Positions 38,808-47,321 of a DNA stretch of 64,000 nt are shown here, in pieces (the first letter of the stretch is position 1; each line of letters starts with the position of its first letter). The notes beneath the pieces were generated by a model. That model made no database searches, was not told the DNA's origin, and was given only the letters and a program-made list of their open reading frames with translations. The DNA is taken from positions 4,768,001 through 4,832,000 of the forward strand of contig CAWKDB010000010.1 in NCBI GenBank assembly GCA_963848295.1, written 5' to 3'. The stretch comes from an uncultured delta proteobacterium. GTDB lineage: Bacteria; Myxococcota_A; Polyangia; Haliangiales; Haliangiaceae. Position numbers and translations under genes: made by a program.

Positions 38808-40052
38808 TTGAGGAGGCTGGTTTCGGCGCTGCTTGTCGTGTCTGCGTGCACCTCGCCGCGGACGAGTCGCGTGGTCCAGCCGCTGACCGCCGACGTCAAG
38901 CTCGCGCGCTACACGACGATCCGCGACGACGCGGCGGTGATGGGCGTACACAACGCGGCGCTGCTCGCGGGGATCGCGATCAGCGAGACTGGCCTGGCGC
39001 ATTGCTACTCCGAATCGGCGAGCTCGTGCCCGGGCCCGGCGTCGCCGTCCTGCAGCGGCGATCCGGTGATCGCCGGAGGCGCCGACGGGCCGTGCGCGGA
39101 CATGCAAGGCGGCCTCGGCATGTTCCAGTTCGACGCCGGGACGTACGCCGACACGGTCCAGACCTACGGCACCGCGATCCTGACGCTCGACGGCAACACC
39201 GAACAAGCGGTGTGGTTCGTGATCGACAAGGTCGAGATGGACATCTCCGGGGTCACCGACTGGCTCGGCGCCGCGGCGTGGATGGACGGCGTGCCGCTGA
39301 CCGCCGGCGATCCGGTGATGGAGCAATGGGCGAGCCTGCTCGCGTGTCGCTACAACGGATGCTGTTCGCAAACGCCGACGTGCATCACCCGCGGCGACAA
39401 CTACCGCGACAACGCGATCGCCGCGTACAACGAGATGGGCGCGGCGTTCTGGGCGACCGCGAATCGCTGCGCCGCGGTGCCCGACGACGGCGTGATCGAC
39501 GAGCGCAGCACGTGCTACCTCGCCGGCGGCGATCCTCGCTACTGGCGGCACGAGACGACCGGCTACGGCGGCACGCTCGACTGGACCCTGACGACCGACG
39601 ACGCCGCGCCCTCGAACTTCGCCGAATGGATCATCAAAGGCTCCGGTCGCTACCACCTCGAGGTCAACCTCGACGGCGGGACGTTCGGCCAGTCGAAGTC
39701 GGCGAGCTACGTCGTCCACCACGGCGGCATCGACGACGTGATCGTCATCGATCAATCGGCGAGCACGGGGTGGACCGCGCTCGGCGACTTCGCGTTCACC
39801 GGCAGCGGCGACGAGCACGTGCTGCTCGGCGACGACACCGGCGAGGCCGGCTCGACCAACACGAAGCTGATGTTCGATGCGTTGCGCGCGACCGCGCTCG
39901 ATTCCGGGGGCTCGGACGCGGGTCCTGGCTCGGGCGGCAAGGGCAACGGCTGTGGTTGCGGCGCGGCGGGCGGCGGTGGAGGGCTCGGGGGCGGCGTCGC
40001 GTTCGGCATCGTGATCGCCGGCTTGCGCCGCCGGCGTCAGACCCGCGGTTGA
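38808..40052 (+). CDS. Surface protein: lysozyme-like N-domain, golvesin/CBM-like domain, MYXO-CTERM-like tail
   Basis: LAGIAISETG and GLGMFQF motifs; ASYVV.H.G...IDQS...GW..LG.F.F; C-terminal GCGC..hydrophobic..LRRRR. Confidence 0.65.
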   Translation: MRRLVSALLVVSACTSPRTSRVVQPLTADVKLARYTTIRDDAAVMGVHNAALLAGIAISETGLAHCYSESASSCPGPASPSCSGDPVIAGGADGPCADMQGGLGMFQFDAGTYADTVQTYGTAILTLDGNTEQAVWFVIDKVEMDISGVTDWLGAAAWMDGVPLTAGDPVMEQWASLLACRYNGCCSQTPTCITRGDNYRDNAIAAYNEMGAAFWATANRCAAVPDDGVIDERSTCYLAGGDPRYWRHETTGYGGTLDWTLTTDDAAPSNFAEWIIKGSGRYHLEVNLDGGTFGQSKSASYVVHHGGIDDVIVIDQSASTGWTALGDFAFTGSGDEHVLLGDDTGEAGSTNTKLMFDALRATALDSGGSDAGPGSGGKGNGCGCGAAGGGGGLGGGVAFGIVIAGLRRRRQTRG

Positions 40053-40062
40053 AGCTGGTCGT

Positions 40063-40506
40063 ATGAGTCCCGATCCGATGTTGCTCGCGGTCGCGATCGC
40101 CGCGGCGATCGTCGCGCTCGTGATCGCGCGCTGGCTGCGCGGCGTGCGCGGTTCGTGGCGAGCCAAGCGCCGGGCCAAGCGCGCGCTCGCCGGCGAGGAT
40201 CGCGCGGCGGAGATGCTCGCCCGCGCCGGGTTTCGCGTCGTCGCGCGCCAGGCGCGGATCGCGTGGGTCCCGACGGTCGACGGCGAGCCGGTCGCGATGG
40301 AGCTGTGCGCGGACTATCTCGTCGAGCACGGCGACGAGCGCCTCGTCGCCGAGGTCAAGACCGGGGCCGCGGCACCGAGCGTCGAGACCGCCGCGACCCG
40401 GCGCCAGCTGCTCGAATATCGCGTCGCGTTCGCCGTCGACGGCGTACTGCTCGTGTGTCCCGAGCGCGGCACGATCCATCGGATCGAGTTCCCGGGCCTG
40501 CCATAA
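40063..40506 (+). CDS. Membrane-anchored PD-(D/E)XK-like protein
   Basis: N-terminal TM helix; GEDRAA..L...GF, ADYLV and VAEVKTG motifs. Confidence 0.6.
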   Translation: MSPDPMLLAVAIAAAIVALVIARWLRGVRGSWRAKRRAKRALAGEDRAAEMLARAGFRVVARQARIAWVPTVDGEPVAMELCADYLVEHGDERLVAEVKTGAAAPSVETAATRRQLLEYRVAFAVDGVLLVCPERGTIHRIEFPGLP

Positions 40507-40544
40507 AACTTGCCCGCGTCGCGCCGGCCACCGAGGCTGGGACG

Positions 40545-40982
40545 GTGAGCTATCTGCACTGCCCGACGTGCAAGCGCGCCTACAACCTGGCCGCGAGCCC
40601 CGCGTGCCCGAGCTGCGGCGCCGCCGCCGGCACGCCCGAGGATCCGACCGACGACATCGTCTCGGCCGCCGAACAACTGGCGCGTGCGCTCGCCCGCGCG
40701 AGTGACGACCAACGCGACGCCGCGGCCGCGCGCCTCGACCGCCGGCGCGACGCGCTGCCGCCCGGTGCCCCGAGCTCGATCGATCAATCGGACGGGCCCC
40801 GGTACGAGGAGCCCGCGGTGTGGCGGTCGGTCCGCTCGCTCGTCGCGCCGCTGCCGAGGCCGGCGCTGATCGCGCCGCCCGCGCTGATCGCACAAGCGGC
40901 GACCGCCGTGCTCGCGCGGATCGCTCCGTTCATCCGCACGGCTCGGCGCGTGCGCGCTCGCTTGATCGCGTTCGCGGCGTAG
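40545..40982 (+). CDS. Hypothetical zinc-ribbon protein
   Basis: GTG start; CPTC...CPSC. Confidence 0.55.
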   Translation: MSYLHCPTCKRAYNLAASPACPSCGAAAGTPEDPTDDIVSAAEQLARALARASDDQRDAAAARLDRRRDALPPGAPSSIDQSDGPRYEEPAVWRSVRSLVAPLPRPALIAPPALIAQAATAVLARIAPFIRTARRVRARLIAFAA

Positions 40983-41071
40983 CGACCCGCGCTCATCGGT
41001 CGTTGCGCTGCGGGCAAGAACGACGCGCTGTTTCGCCGCGTGGCCGCGGTCGCGCCGCCGCTGCACCTCGA

Positions 41072-41527
41072 CTAGCGTGGCTCGAGTGCCGCTAGATCGT
41101 TTGCGGTGAGCGGCGGTCCGCTGAGCTTCGGCATCGAGCGAGCGCCAACAAGGATCGCGATGCCGAGCACGGCGCAATAGATGACCGCGCTCCCGTGGAC
41201 CGCGAGCGCGTATGCCACACGCCCGCCGCGCCCACCGACGATCAGAGCATCTGTAAGCGGAATGACCGCGCTGGTCAGGACGAACAGACCGACTGCGCGG
41301 CGCTGTCGCGTCAACAGCAGCACGCACAGGATGATCGCGAGGCCTAGGTCACGTCCCCCTTTCACATAGACCCAAGGGACATCGACGTTCGACGATAACG
41401 GCGCTCCATAACCGCTCGCTGCGGCTACGGGCGCGGTCAGCGCGAACAAGGACAGGAATAGCAAGAACGCTACCAGCACTGCGGTCCCCACGGCGGTGGG
41501 CGACCAAAGTCTCCACGAGGTCATCAT
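41072..41527 (-). CDS. DUF4267-like membrane protein
   Basis: YG.P, KGGRDLGL, D..IV and HG motifs; 4 TM helices. Confidence 0.75.
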   Translation of the reverse strand: MMTSWRLWSPTAVGTAVLVAFLLFLSLFALTAPVAAASGYGAPLSSNVDVPWVYVKGGRDLGLAIILCVLLLTRQRRAVGLFVLTSAVIPLTDALIVGGRGGRVAYALAVHGSAVIYCAVLGIAILVGARSMPKLSGPPLTANDLAALEPR

Positions 41528-41564
41528 GGTTCGACGACATGCAGATCGAAGACCATAGTCGTCC

Positions 41565-42089
41565 ATGACCACAACAAGTCTCGTCGGAGTCGAGCTCGAG
41601 ACCGGCGGCGTGCTCCTTAAATTCACGGCGACCTCGGTCGAAACCAATGGCGCAGCTCATATCCAGGAGGCGCGCTATCCGCCGCACTCGAGCCCACCGC
41701 CGTTACATCGCCATCCTTCGCAAGACGAGCGCTTCATCGTGGTCGAAGGCGCGTTGAAGTTCCACCTCGGCGACGAAGACCGGATCATCGCGGCGGGCGA
41801 TACGATCGACGTCGCCAGAGGCGTGTTCCACTGCGCATACAACCCACTCGACGCCCAGGCGCTCGCGATCTGGGAGACGCGACCCGCGCTGCGCACCGCC
41901 GAGTTCTTCGTCGCGATGGATAGAGCGACGCGCGGTCGTGGTCGTACTCGCCCTCGGCTGACCGATGCCGCGGCGATCCTGTCCGAGTATCGCGCCGAGT
42001 TCGAGCTCTCGAAGCCGTCGCGCGTCGTGCAGCGGATCATGTTCACGTGTCTCGCGCCGTTCGGCCGCCACGCGCTCCACATCGGCTGA
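41565..42089 (+). CDS. Cupin domain protein
   Basis: PPLHRHPSQDERF.VVEG and GVFH motifs. Confidence 0.85.
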   Translation: MTTTSLVGVELETGGVLLKFTATSVETNGAAHIQEARYPPHSSPPPLHRHPSQDERFIVVEGALKFHLGDEDRIIAAGDTIDVARGVFHCAYNPLDAQALAIWETRPALRTAEFFVAMDRATRGRGRTRPRLTDAAAILSEYRAEFELSKPSRVVQRIMFTCLAPFGRHALHIG

Positions 42090-42179
42090 CCGCCGCCGAC
42101 CCTGCGCTCGAGCAGCCGCGATAAACGCCTACGTCTCCGACGTCCGGTGCTGGATTCGTCTACGCTCGACCGCACGCCC

Positions 42180-42707
42180 ATGACCGGAGACGACATCGCC
42201 GTGCTGCTGGGTTTCCTCGCGGCCTCCATTGCACTGGCCGGCTTCGCTGGGATCGTCACCTCCATCGACCGCAGCGCAGCGGTGGCCTCCAGCGAGGTCA
42301 TCTCGTTTCGGGTGCGCAACCTCGTCACGTCCGCCGTAATGTCGGTGTTGCTGTCGCTGCTGCCGATCGTGCTCGGGGCGCTGGAGCTCTTTCAGTCGAG
42401 CCTGTGGCGGCGATGTTGCGTCGTCTCGGCCGTCGCGATCGGCGCGCTCCTGGTGTCGCTCGTGTCGGCGCGGATCCGCTTGAAGAACGGCAAGGACGCC
42501 GGGCTATCGCGCTCGCTGTTTGCGACGAACATCACGGTCGGTGCGCTCGCGTTCGGCGTGCTGATCGCCGGCGCCTCCGGATCCGTTGCCGGCCGCGGTG
42601 GCTACTTCACCGGCCTGTTCTTCCTGCTGTACCTGATGTGCACGCTGTTCTACCGCATGGTCGCGATGGCCGACGCCGCCGCGAGCCGCGCGGCCAAAAA
42701 GCCATGA
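42180..42707 (+). CDS. Hypothetical membrane protein
   Basis: IALAGFAGIV motif; about 5 TM helices. Confidence 0.6.
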   Translation: MTGDDIAVLLGFLAASIALAGFAGIVTSIDRSAAVASSEVISFRVRNLVTSAVMSVLLSLLPIVLGALELFQSSLWRRCCVVSAVAIGALLVSLVSARIRLKNGKDAGLSRSLFATNITVGALAFGVLIAGASGSVAGRGGYFTGLFFLLYLMCTLFYRMVAMADAAASRAAKKP

Positions 42708-42738
42708 CGATCGCGTCCTCGGAGCGCCGACGCCGTGC

Positions 42739-43332
42739 CTAGCCGAAATTCTTGTTCGCGAAGCTCCAGTTCACGAGCTTCCAGAACTCCTCGATGTACT
42801 TCGGCCGCGCGTTGCGGAAGTCGATGTAATACGCGTGCTCCCAGACGTCGATCGTCAAGACACAGGTCTTGCCCGATGCGAACGGCGTCTCGGCGTTCGC
42901 CGTGGTCTCGATCGCGAGCGAGCCGTCGCCGCCCTTGACGAGCCAGGCCCAGCCCGAGCCGAACTGCGCCGCCGCGGCGTCGCTGAACTTCTTCTTGAAG
43001 TCGGCGAAGTTGCCGAACGACTTGTCGATCGCGGCCTTGATGTGGCCGGTCGGTTCGCCGCCGGCCTTCGGCGCGAGCGAGTGCCAGTAGAACGTGTGGT
43101 TCCACACCTGCGCCGCGTTGTTGAAGATCTTCTTCTCGCTCGCCTGACCGTTCGTCGCCTTGACGATGTCCTCGAGCGACATCTTCTCGTACTTCGTGCC
43201 GGGGACGAGGGTGTTCAGGTTGTTGACGTAGGCTTGGTGATGCTTGCCGTAGTGGTAGTCGATCGTCTCCGGCGAGATCGTGGGAGACAACGCGTCCTTC
43301 GCGTACGGGAGCTCGGGCAGGGTGAAAGCCAT
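42739..43332 (-). CDS. sodB: Fe superoxide dismutase
   Basis: HYGKHHQAY, FNNAAQVWNH (Fe-type), QFGSGWAWL and DVWEHAYY motifs. Confidence 0.96.
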   Translation of the reverse strand: MAFTLPELPYAKDALSPTISPETIDYHYGKHHQAYVNNLNTLVPGTKYEKMSLEDIVKATNGQASEKKIFNNAAQVWNHTFYWHSLAPKAGGEPTGHIKAAIDKSFGNFADFKKKFSDAAAAQFGSGWAWLVKGGDGSLAIETTANAETPFASGKTCVLTIDVWEHAYYIDFRNARPKYIEEFWKLVNWSFANKNFG

Positions 43333-43411
43333 GGTGGGATCCTTTCTTTGTTGCTGCGGTTGTACCGTCGCCGGGCTGCGCCGACGAGCCGGGAGCGGCG
43401 TAAAGTAGGGC

Positions 43412-44326
43412 GTGCTAGGCCCCCTGGATCACGTCGGCGCTGCGCTCGGCTACTTGGCGACCGCCCGCCGCCAACATGCGAGCGACTTGCTAACCGCCGA
43501 GCAGCTCGCGTGGCACGCCGCGCTGCCGGCCGGGCTGACGCTCGAGTGGATCGGCACCGCGGGGTTTCGGCTCGAATACCAGGGCGTCGTCGTGTGGATC
43601 GACCCGTACGTGACGCGCCTGGCGCTCGGCGACCTCGTGCGCCGGCGCGTCGTGCCGGCGTCGAGCAGCACGGTCGACCGCTGGATCGATCGCGCCGATG
43701 CCGTGCTCGTCGGCCACACGCACTTCGACCACGCGCTCGACGTGCCGGCGATCGCGCGCAAGTTCGGCTGCCCGGTCTACGGCTCGCGCTCGCTCGAGCA
43801 CTTGATGAGCCTGCATGGCTTGGCCGAGCGCGCGGTCGCGGTCGATCCGCATCGCGATTACGAGGTCGGGCCGTTTCGGTTTCACTTCGTGCCGAGCGTC
43901 CATTCGAAGCTGCAGCTCGGCTTGGGCATCCCGTATTCCGGCGAGCTGACGTGCGATCATGTCGACGAGCTCAACCCGCAGGCGTATCGCTGCGGCCAGG
44001 TCTGGGGCCTGCACGTCGCGGTCGCGGGCGTGACGTTCTACCACCAGGGCTCTGCCGACCTGCTCGAGGACGAGATTCGCGATCGCGGCATCGACTACTT
44101 CTTGTGCGGCATCTCGGGCCGGCGGTTCACTCACGACTACGTCGAACGGATCGTGCGCGCGCTCGAGCCGCGCGCGATCGTGCCCACCCACTACGACGAT
44201 TTCTTTCGCCCGCTCGGCGACGCGCCGAGGTTCTCGTTCAACGTCAACCTGACCGGGTTCTGCGACGACGTCCACCGCGCCTCGCGCGAGCCGCAGATCC
44301 ACGTGATGAGCATCGGGGCGAGATGA
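43412..44326 (+). CDS. MBL-fold metallo-hydrolase
   Basis: WIGTAGF, IDPY, GHTHFDH and PTHYDDF motifs. Confidence 0.9.
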   Translation: MLGPLDHVGAALGYLATARRQHASDLLTAEQLAWHAALPAGLTLEWIGTAGFRLEYQGVVVWIDPYVTRLALGDLVRRRVVPASSSTVDRWIDRADAVLVGHTHFDHALDVPAIARKFGCPVYGSRSLEHLMSLHGLAERAVAVDPHRDYEVGPFRFHFVPSVHSKLQLGLGIPYSGELTCDHVDELNPQAYRCGQVWGLHVAVAGVTFYHQGSADLLEDEIRDRGIDYFLCGISGRRFTHDYVERIVRALEPRAIVPTHYDDFFRPLGDAPRFSFNVNLTGFCDDVHRASREPQIHVMSIGAR

Positions 44327-44346
44327 GCGAGCTCGAGCGCTGAGCG

Positions 44347-45162
44347 CTAGCCGACACCGAGCCAGTCGGTGAGCGCCGCGGCGCGGTCGTCGGGAAAATC
44401 GACGCCGACTGCGCAGCTCGCCTCGGCCGGGCCGTGCCAGTCCGAGCCGCCGGTGCAGACCAGGCCGAGCTCGTCGGCGATCGCGGACCAGTGCGCTCGC
44501 TCGCGCGCGTCGTAGTTGCCGTAGAACGCCTCGACCCCGTCGAGCCCGTCGCCGCGATACTTGCGCAGCAACGCCTCGCCTCGGCGGTCGTAGAGATGCG
44601 GGTGTGCGAGCGATAATGCGGCTCCGGCGGCGTGGCCGAGCGCGAGCGCGTCGGGGAGCGACAAGGCGCGATGCGGAACGTCGACCGGCCCGCCGTCGTA
44701 CAGGTGGCGAGCGAACGCATCTTTTAGCGAGCTCGCCGCGCCCGCGGCGACCATCGCCTTGGCGAGATCCGGCCGGCCCACCGCGCGAGTTGCGGCGACC
44801 GCGAGCAGCGGCTCGACCTCGATCCGGATGCCGCGTTGCTCGAGCTTGGCGGCCATCACTCGGAGGCGGTTGCGCCGCGCTTCGAGCAGCTCGCCGAGCC
44901 GCGCCTCGAGCGCCCCCCAGTCGCCGCCGCGATCGTACGCGAGCACGTGGATCGTACGTCGGGTTTCGGGATCGTCACACGACAGCTCCACGGCACGCAG
45001 CGTGGGGCCGCCGGCTCGCGCGGCCAACGTCGAGCCGGCGCACGTGTCGTGATCGGTCAGGGCGAAGACTGCCACCCCGCGCGCATCGGCCCGGCCGGCG
45101 ACCGCAGCCGGCGGTTCGCTACCGTCCGAGCAGGTCGAGTGGCAATGCAGCTCGAATCGCAC
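44347..45162 (-). CDS. PHP domain phosphoesterase (TrpH/YciV-like)
   Basis: LHCHSTCSDG, ALTDHD, LAHP and GGSDWHG motifs. Confidence 0.9.
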   Translation of the reverse strand: MRFELHCHSTCSDGSEPPAAVAGRADARGVAVFALTDHDTCAGSTLAARAGGPTLRAVELSCDDPETRRTIHVLAYDRGGDWGALEARLGELLEARRNRLRVMAAKLEQRGIRIEVEPLLAVAATRAVGRPDLAKAMVAAGAASSLKDAFARHLYDGGPVDVPHRALSLPDALALGHAAGAALSLAHPHLYDRRGEALLRKYRGDGLDGVEAFYGNYDARERAHWSAIADELGLVCTGGSDWHGPAEASCAVGVDFPDDRAAALTDWLGVG

Positions 45163-45227
45163 GTCGCACCCTATCGCGATCGAGTTCCATGCGACAGTCC
45201 GGCCACATCGGCGTCCGAGGCCCATCC

Positions 45228-45848
45228 ATGAATCCAAGAACGATCGTCCTGCTCGCGATTGTGTTGTTCAGCTCTGCGGTTGCTGCCGCGGATCCCGTCG
45301 ATGAGCCCAAGGCCTGGATCGGCTTCCAGGCCGAGATCGATCCGCTCGGTACGATCAACTACTCTGGAACGCTGCTCGGGATCTCTGACGATCAGAGCTT
45401 CGGGACGCAGTTCGCGTACGGACTCGGTCTCGACTTCGAGTACCAGGTGATGCCGCTGCTCGCGATCGGGTTCGCGCCGCGCGTCGTGTTCAACGTGATC
45501 GAGAACGGTGGGGGCGAAGACGCCAAGCAGCTACTCGACCTCCGACTCCGCGCCGCATTCGGCAAGGAGGTCATTCCGAAGCTGCGGGTTTACGGCATCG
45601 GCACGATGGGTTGGGGCACGACGCTCGGCGGCGGGCAGGACTACTTTGGCAACTCGACGACGTTCGACGGCTTCACGATCGGGTTCGGCGGCGGCGCGAG
45701 CTACGCGATCTCGCCGAAGCTGCGGCTGTTCAGCGAGCTGACCTACGAGTTCGGGTTCGAGAATCACAACAGCGACAACGTCGACCTCGGCGAGCACATC
45801 CAGTTCCTCGATCTCGCGTTCGGCATCGCCGCCGGCCTCGGCGGCTGA
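45228..45848 (+). CDS. Outer-membrane beta-barrel protein
   Basis: Signal peptide MNPRTIVLLAIVLFSSAVAAA; about 8 amphipathic strands. Confidence 0.7.
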   Translation: MNPRTIVLLAIVLFSSAVAAADPVDEPKAWIGFQAEIDPLGTINYSGTLLGISDDQSFGTQFAYGLGLDFEYQVMPLLAIGFAPRVVFNVIENGGGEDAKQLLDLRLRAAFGKEVIPKLRVYGIGTMGWGTTLGGGQDYFGNSTTFDGFTIGFGGGASYAISPKLRLFSELTYEFGFENHNSDNVDLGEHIQFLDLAFGIAAGLGG

Positions 45849-45849
45849 C

Positions 45850-46557
45850 GTGGTGCTCGCCGCGCGTGCCCGTCGCTGGCTCGCGGGCAGCGATCGCACC
45901 GACCGCGGCGGCTTGCCGATCCACGAGCTGCTCGCGCCGCTACCGCTCGTCGCGATCGCGGTGCTCGTGCTCAATGATCGCGTGCTCAAGGGTTCGGCCG
46001 CGCCCGGCTGGTTGACCGGCAAGCTCAGCGACGTCGTCGGGCTGTTCGCGTTTCCGCTGATCGTGACCGCGGCCGTCGATCTCGCGCTCTATCTCGCCGC
46101 CAAGGTCGGCGCGCCAGTCGACTTCACGTTGCGGCGGTGGAAGCTCGGTGCGGCGTGCGTCGCGACTGCCTGCGTGTTCACCGCGATGAAGCTGTGGCCC
46201 GAGGCGGCGCGCGATGTCGCGCGCGCGTGGTCATCGATCGCCGGCGACAGCCACGTCGTCGCCGACCCGAGCGACCTCGTCGCGTTGGTCGCGCTCGCCG
46301 CCGCATGGGTCTACGGCCGCGCCGCGATCAGCCGCGGCTCGTATGGCCGACTCGAGCTCGCGGCGCGTCGCCATCGTGCGGGCGCGGCGGTCGTCGCGCC
46401 GTTTAGCGATGCCGCGGCGTGCGGGGCCGACCCGGCGATCGTGCGCGAGCTCGACACCGCGGTCGCGGCGTGGCTCGGTGGCGGGCCTGCGGCGCCGGTC
46501 GACGATGCGCTCGCGCGGTTACGGTGTATGGTCGATCCGTCATGGCCGACAGCTTGA
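45850..46557 (+). CDS. Conserved hypothetical membrane protein
   Basis: ND.VLK, W.TGKLSD..GL and DPSDLVAL pattern. Confidence 0.7.
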   Translation: MVLAARARRWLAGSDRTDRGGLPIHELLAPLPLVAIAVLVLNDRVLKGSAAPGWLTGKLSDVVGLFAFPLIVTAAVDLALYLAAKVGAPVDFTLRRWKLGAACVATACVFTAMKLWPEAARDVARAWSSIAGDSHVVADPSDLVALVALAAAWVYGRAAISRGSYGRLELAARRHRAGAAVVAPFSDAAACGADPAIVRELDTAVAAWLGGGPAAPVDDALARLRCMVDPSWPTA

Positions 46558-47258
46558 TCGCCGTTCGAGATCGCCGCGAGCAAGTGATCGCGCGGATCTC
46601 CGAGTGCTACGCGGCCGACGTGCTCGATGTCGACGAGCTCGAACGCCGAATCGATGCCGCTCATAACGCGAGCACGCTCGCCGACCTCGAGACGCTCGTC
46701 GCCGATCTCGCTGCGCCGACCTCGTCCACCGCGCTCGTGCCGGTCTCATCCAGCGCGCTCGCAGTCGACGATCCGAGCCGACCCGCGACCAAGAAGCTCA
46801 GCGTCATCATGAGCTCGGTCGAGCGCCGGGGTCGGTGGACCGTGCCGAAGGCGACGACGCTGCGCGTGTTCTGGGCCAGCGCCGAGCTCGATTTTCGCGA
46901 TGCCTCGATCGGCCCGGGCGTCACGACGATCGACATCAGCGTGACGATGGGCAACCTCGAGATCATCGTGCCGCCGCAGCTCGCGGTCGACGTCGATGTG
47001 TCTTCGTTCATGGGCTCGGTCGAGGAGAAGCATCGCGTCCCACCCGATCCCGATCCGGCGCGCCCGATCCTGCGGATCACCGGTGCGGTGCGGCTCGGCA
47101 ACCTGGAGATCGTCACCCGTCTGGCGGGCGAGACCGGGCGGGATGCGCACCGGCGCGAACGTCACGAGCGCCGCCAGCTGCGCAAAGCTCGTCGCAGAGA
47201 GCGCCGTGGGCTCCGAGCGGGGACTCCTTCGCTCCCGCCTGGACGTAGTGAGATGTAG
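46542..47258 (+). CDS. DUF1707 (SHOCT-like) + DUF2154/LiaF-like domain protein
   Basis: RREQVIARI..YA..L...E.ERR..A...L..LVADL; ELDFRDA and EIIVPP motifs. Confidence 0.8.
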   Translation: MADSLIAVRDRREQVIARISECYAADVLDVDELERRIDAAHNASTLADLETLVADLAAPTSSTALVPVSSSALAVDDPSRPATKKLSVIMSSVERRGRWTVPKATTLRVFWASAELDFRDASIGPGVTTIDISVTMGNLEIIVPPQLAVDVDVSSFMGSVEEKHRVPPDPDPARPILRITGAVRLGNLEIVTRLAGETGRDAHRRERHERRQLRKARRRERRGLRAGTPSLPPGRSEM

Positions 47259-47321
47259 GCGGCCTCGTGACCGGGCCAGAGTCGCGGTCACAGTGCAGCC
47301 TCTGCTAGACTTTCGTAACGG

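Noticed and set aside
40539..40560. Possible additional REP-like copy (GGGACGGTG)
   Set aside because: Only the first 9 nt match; it lacks the TTGWCA part and a partner arm
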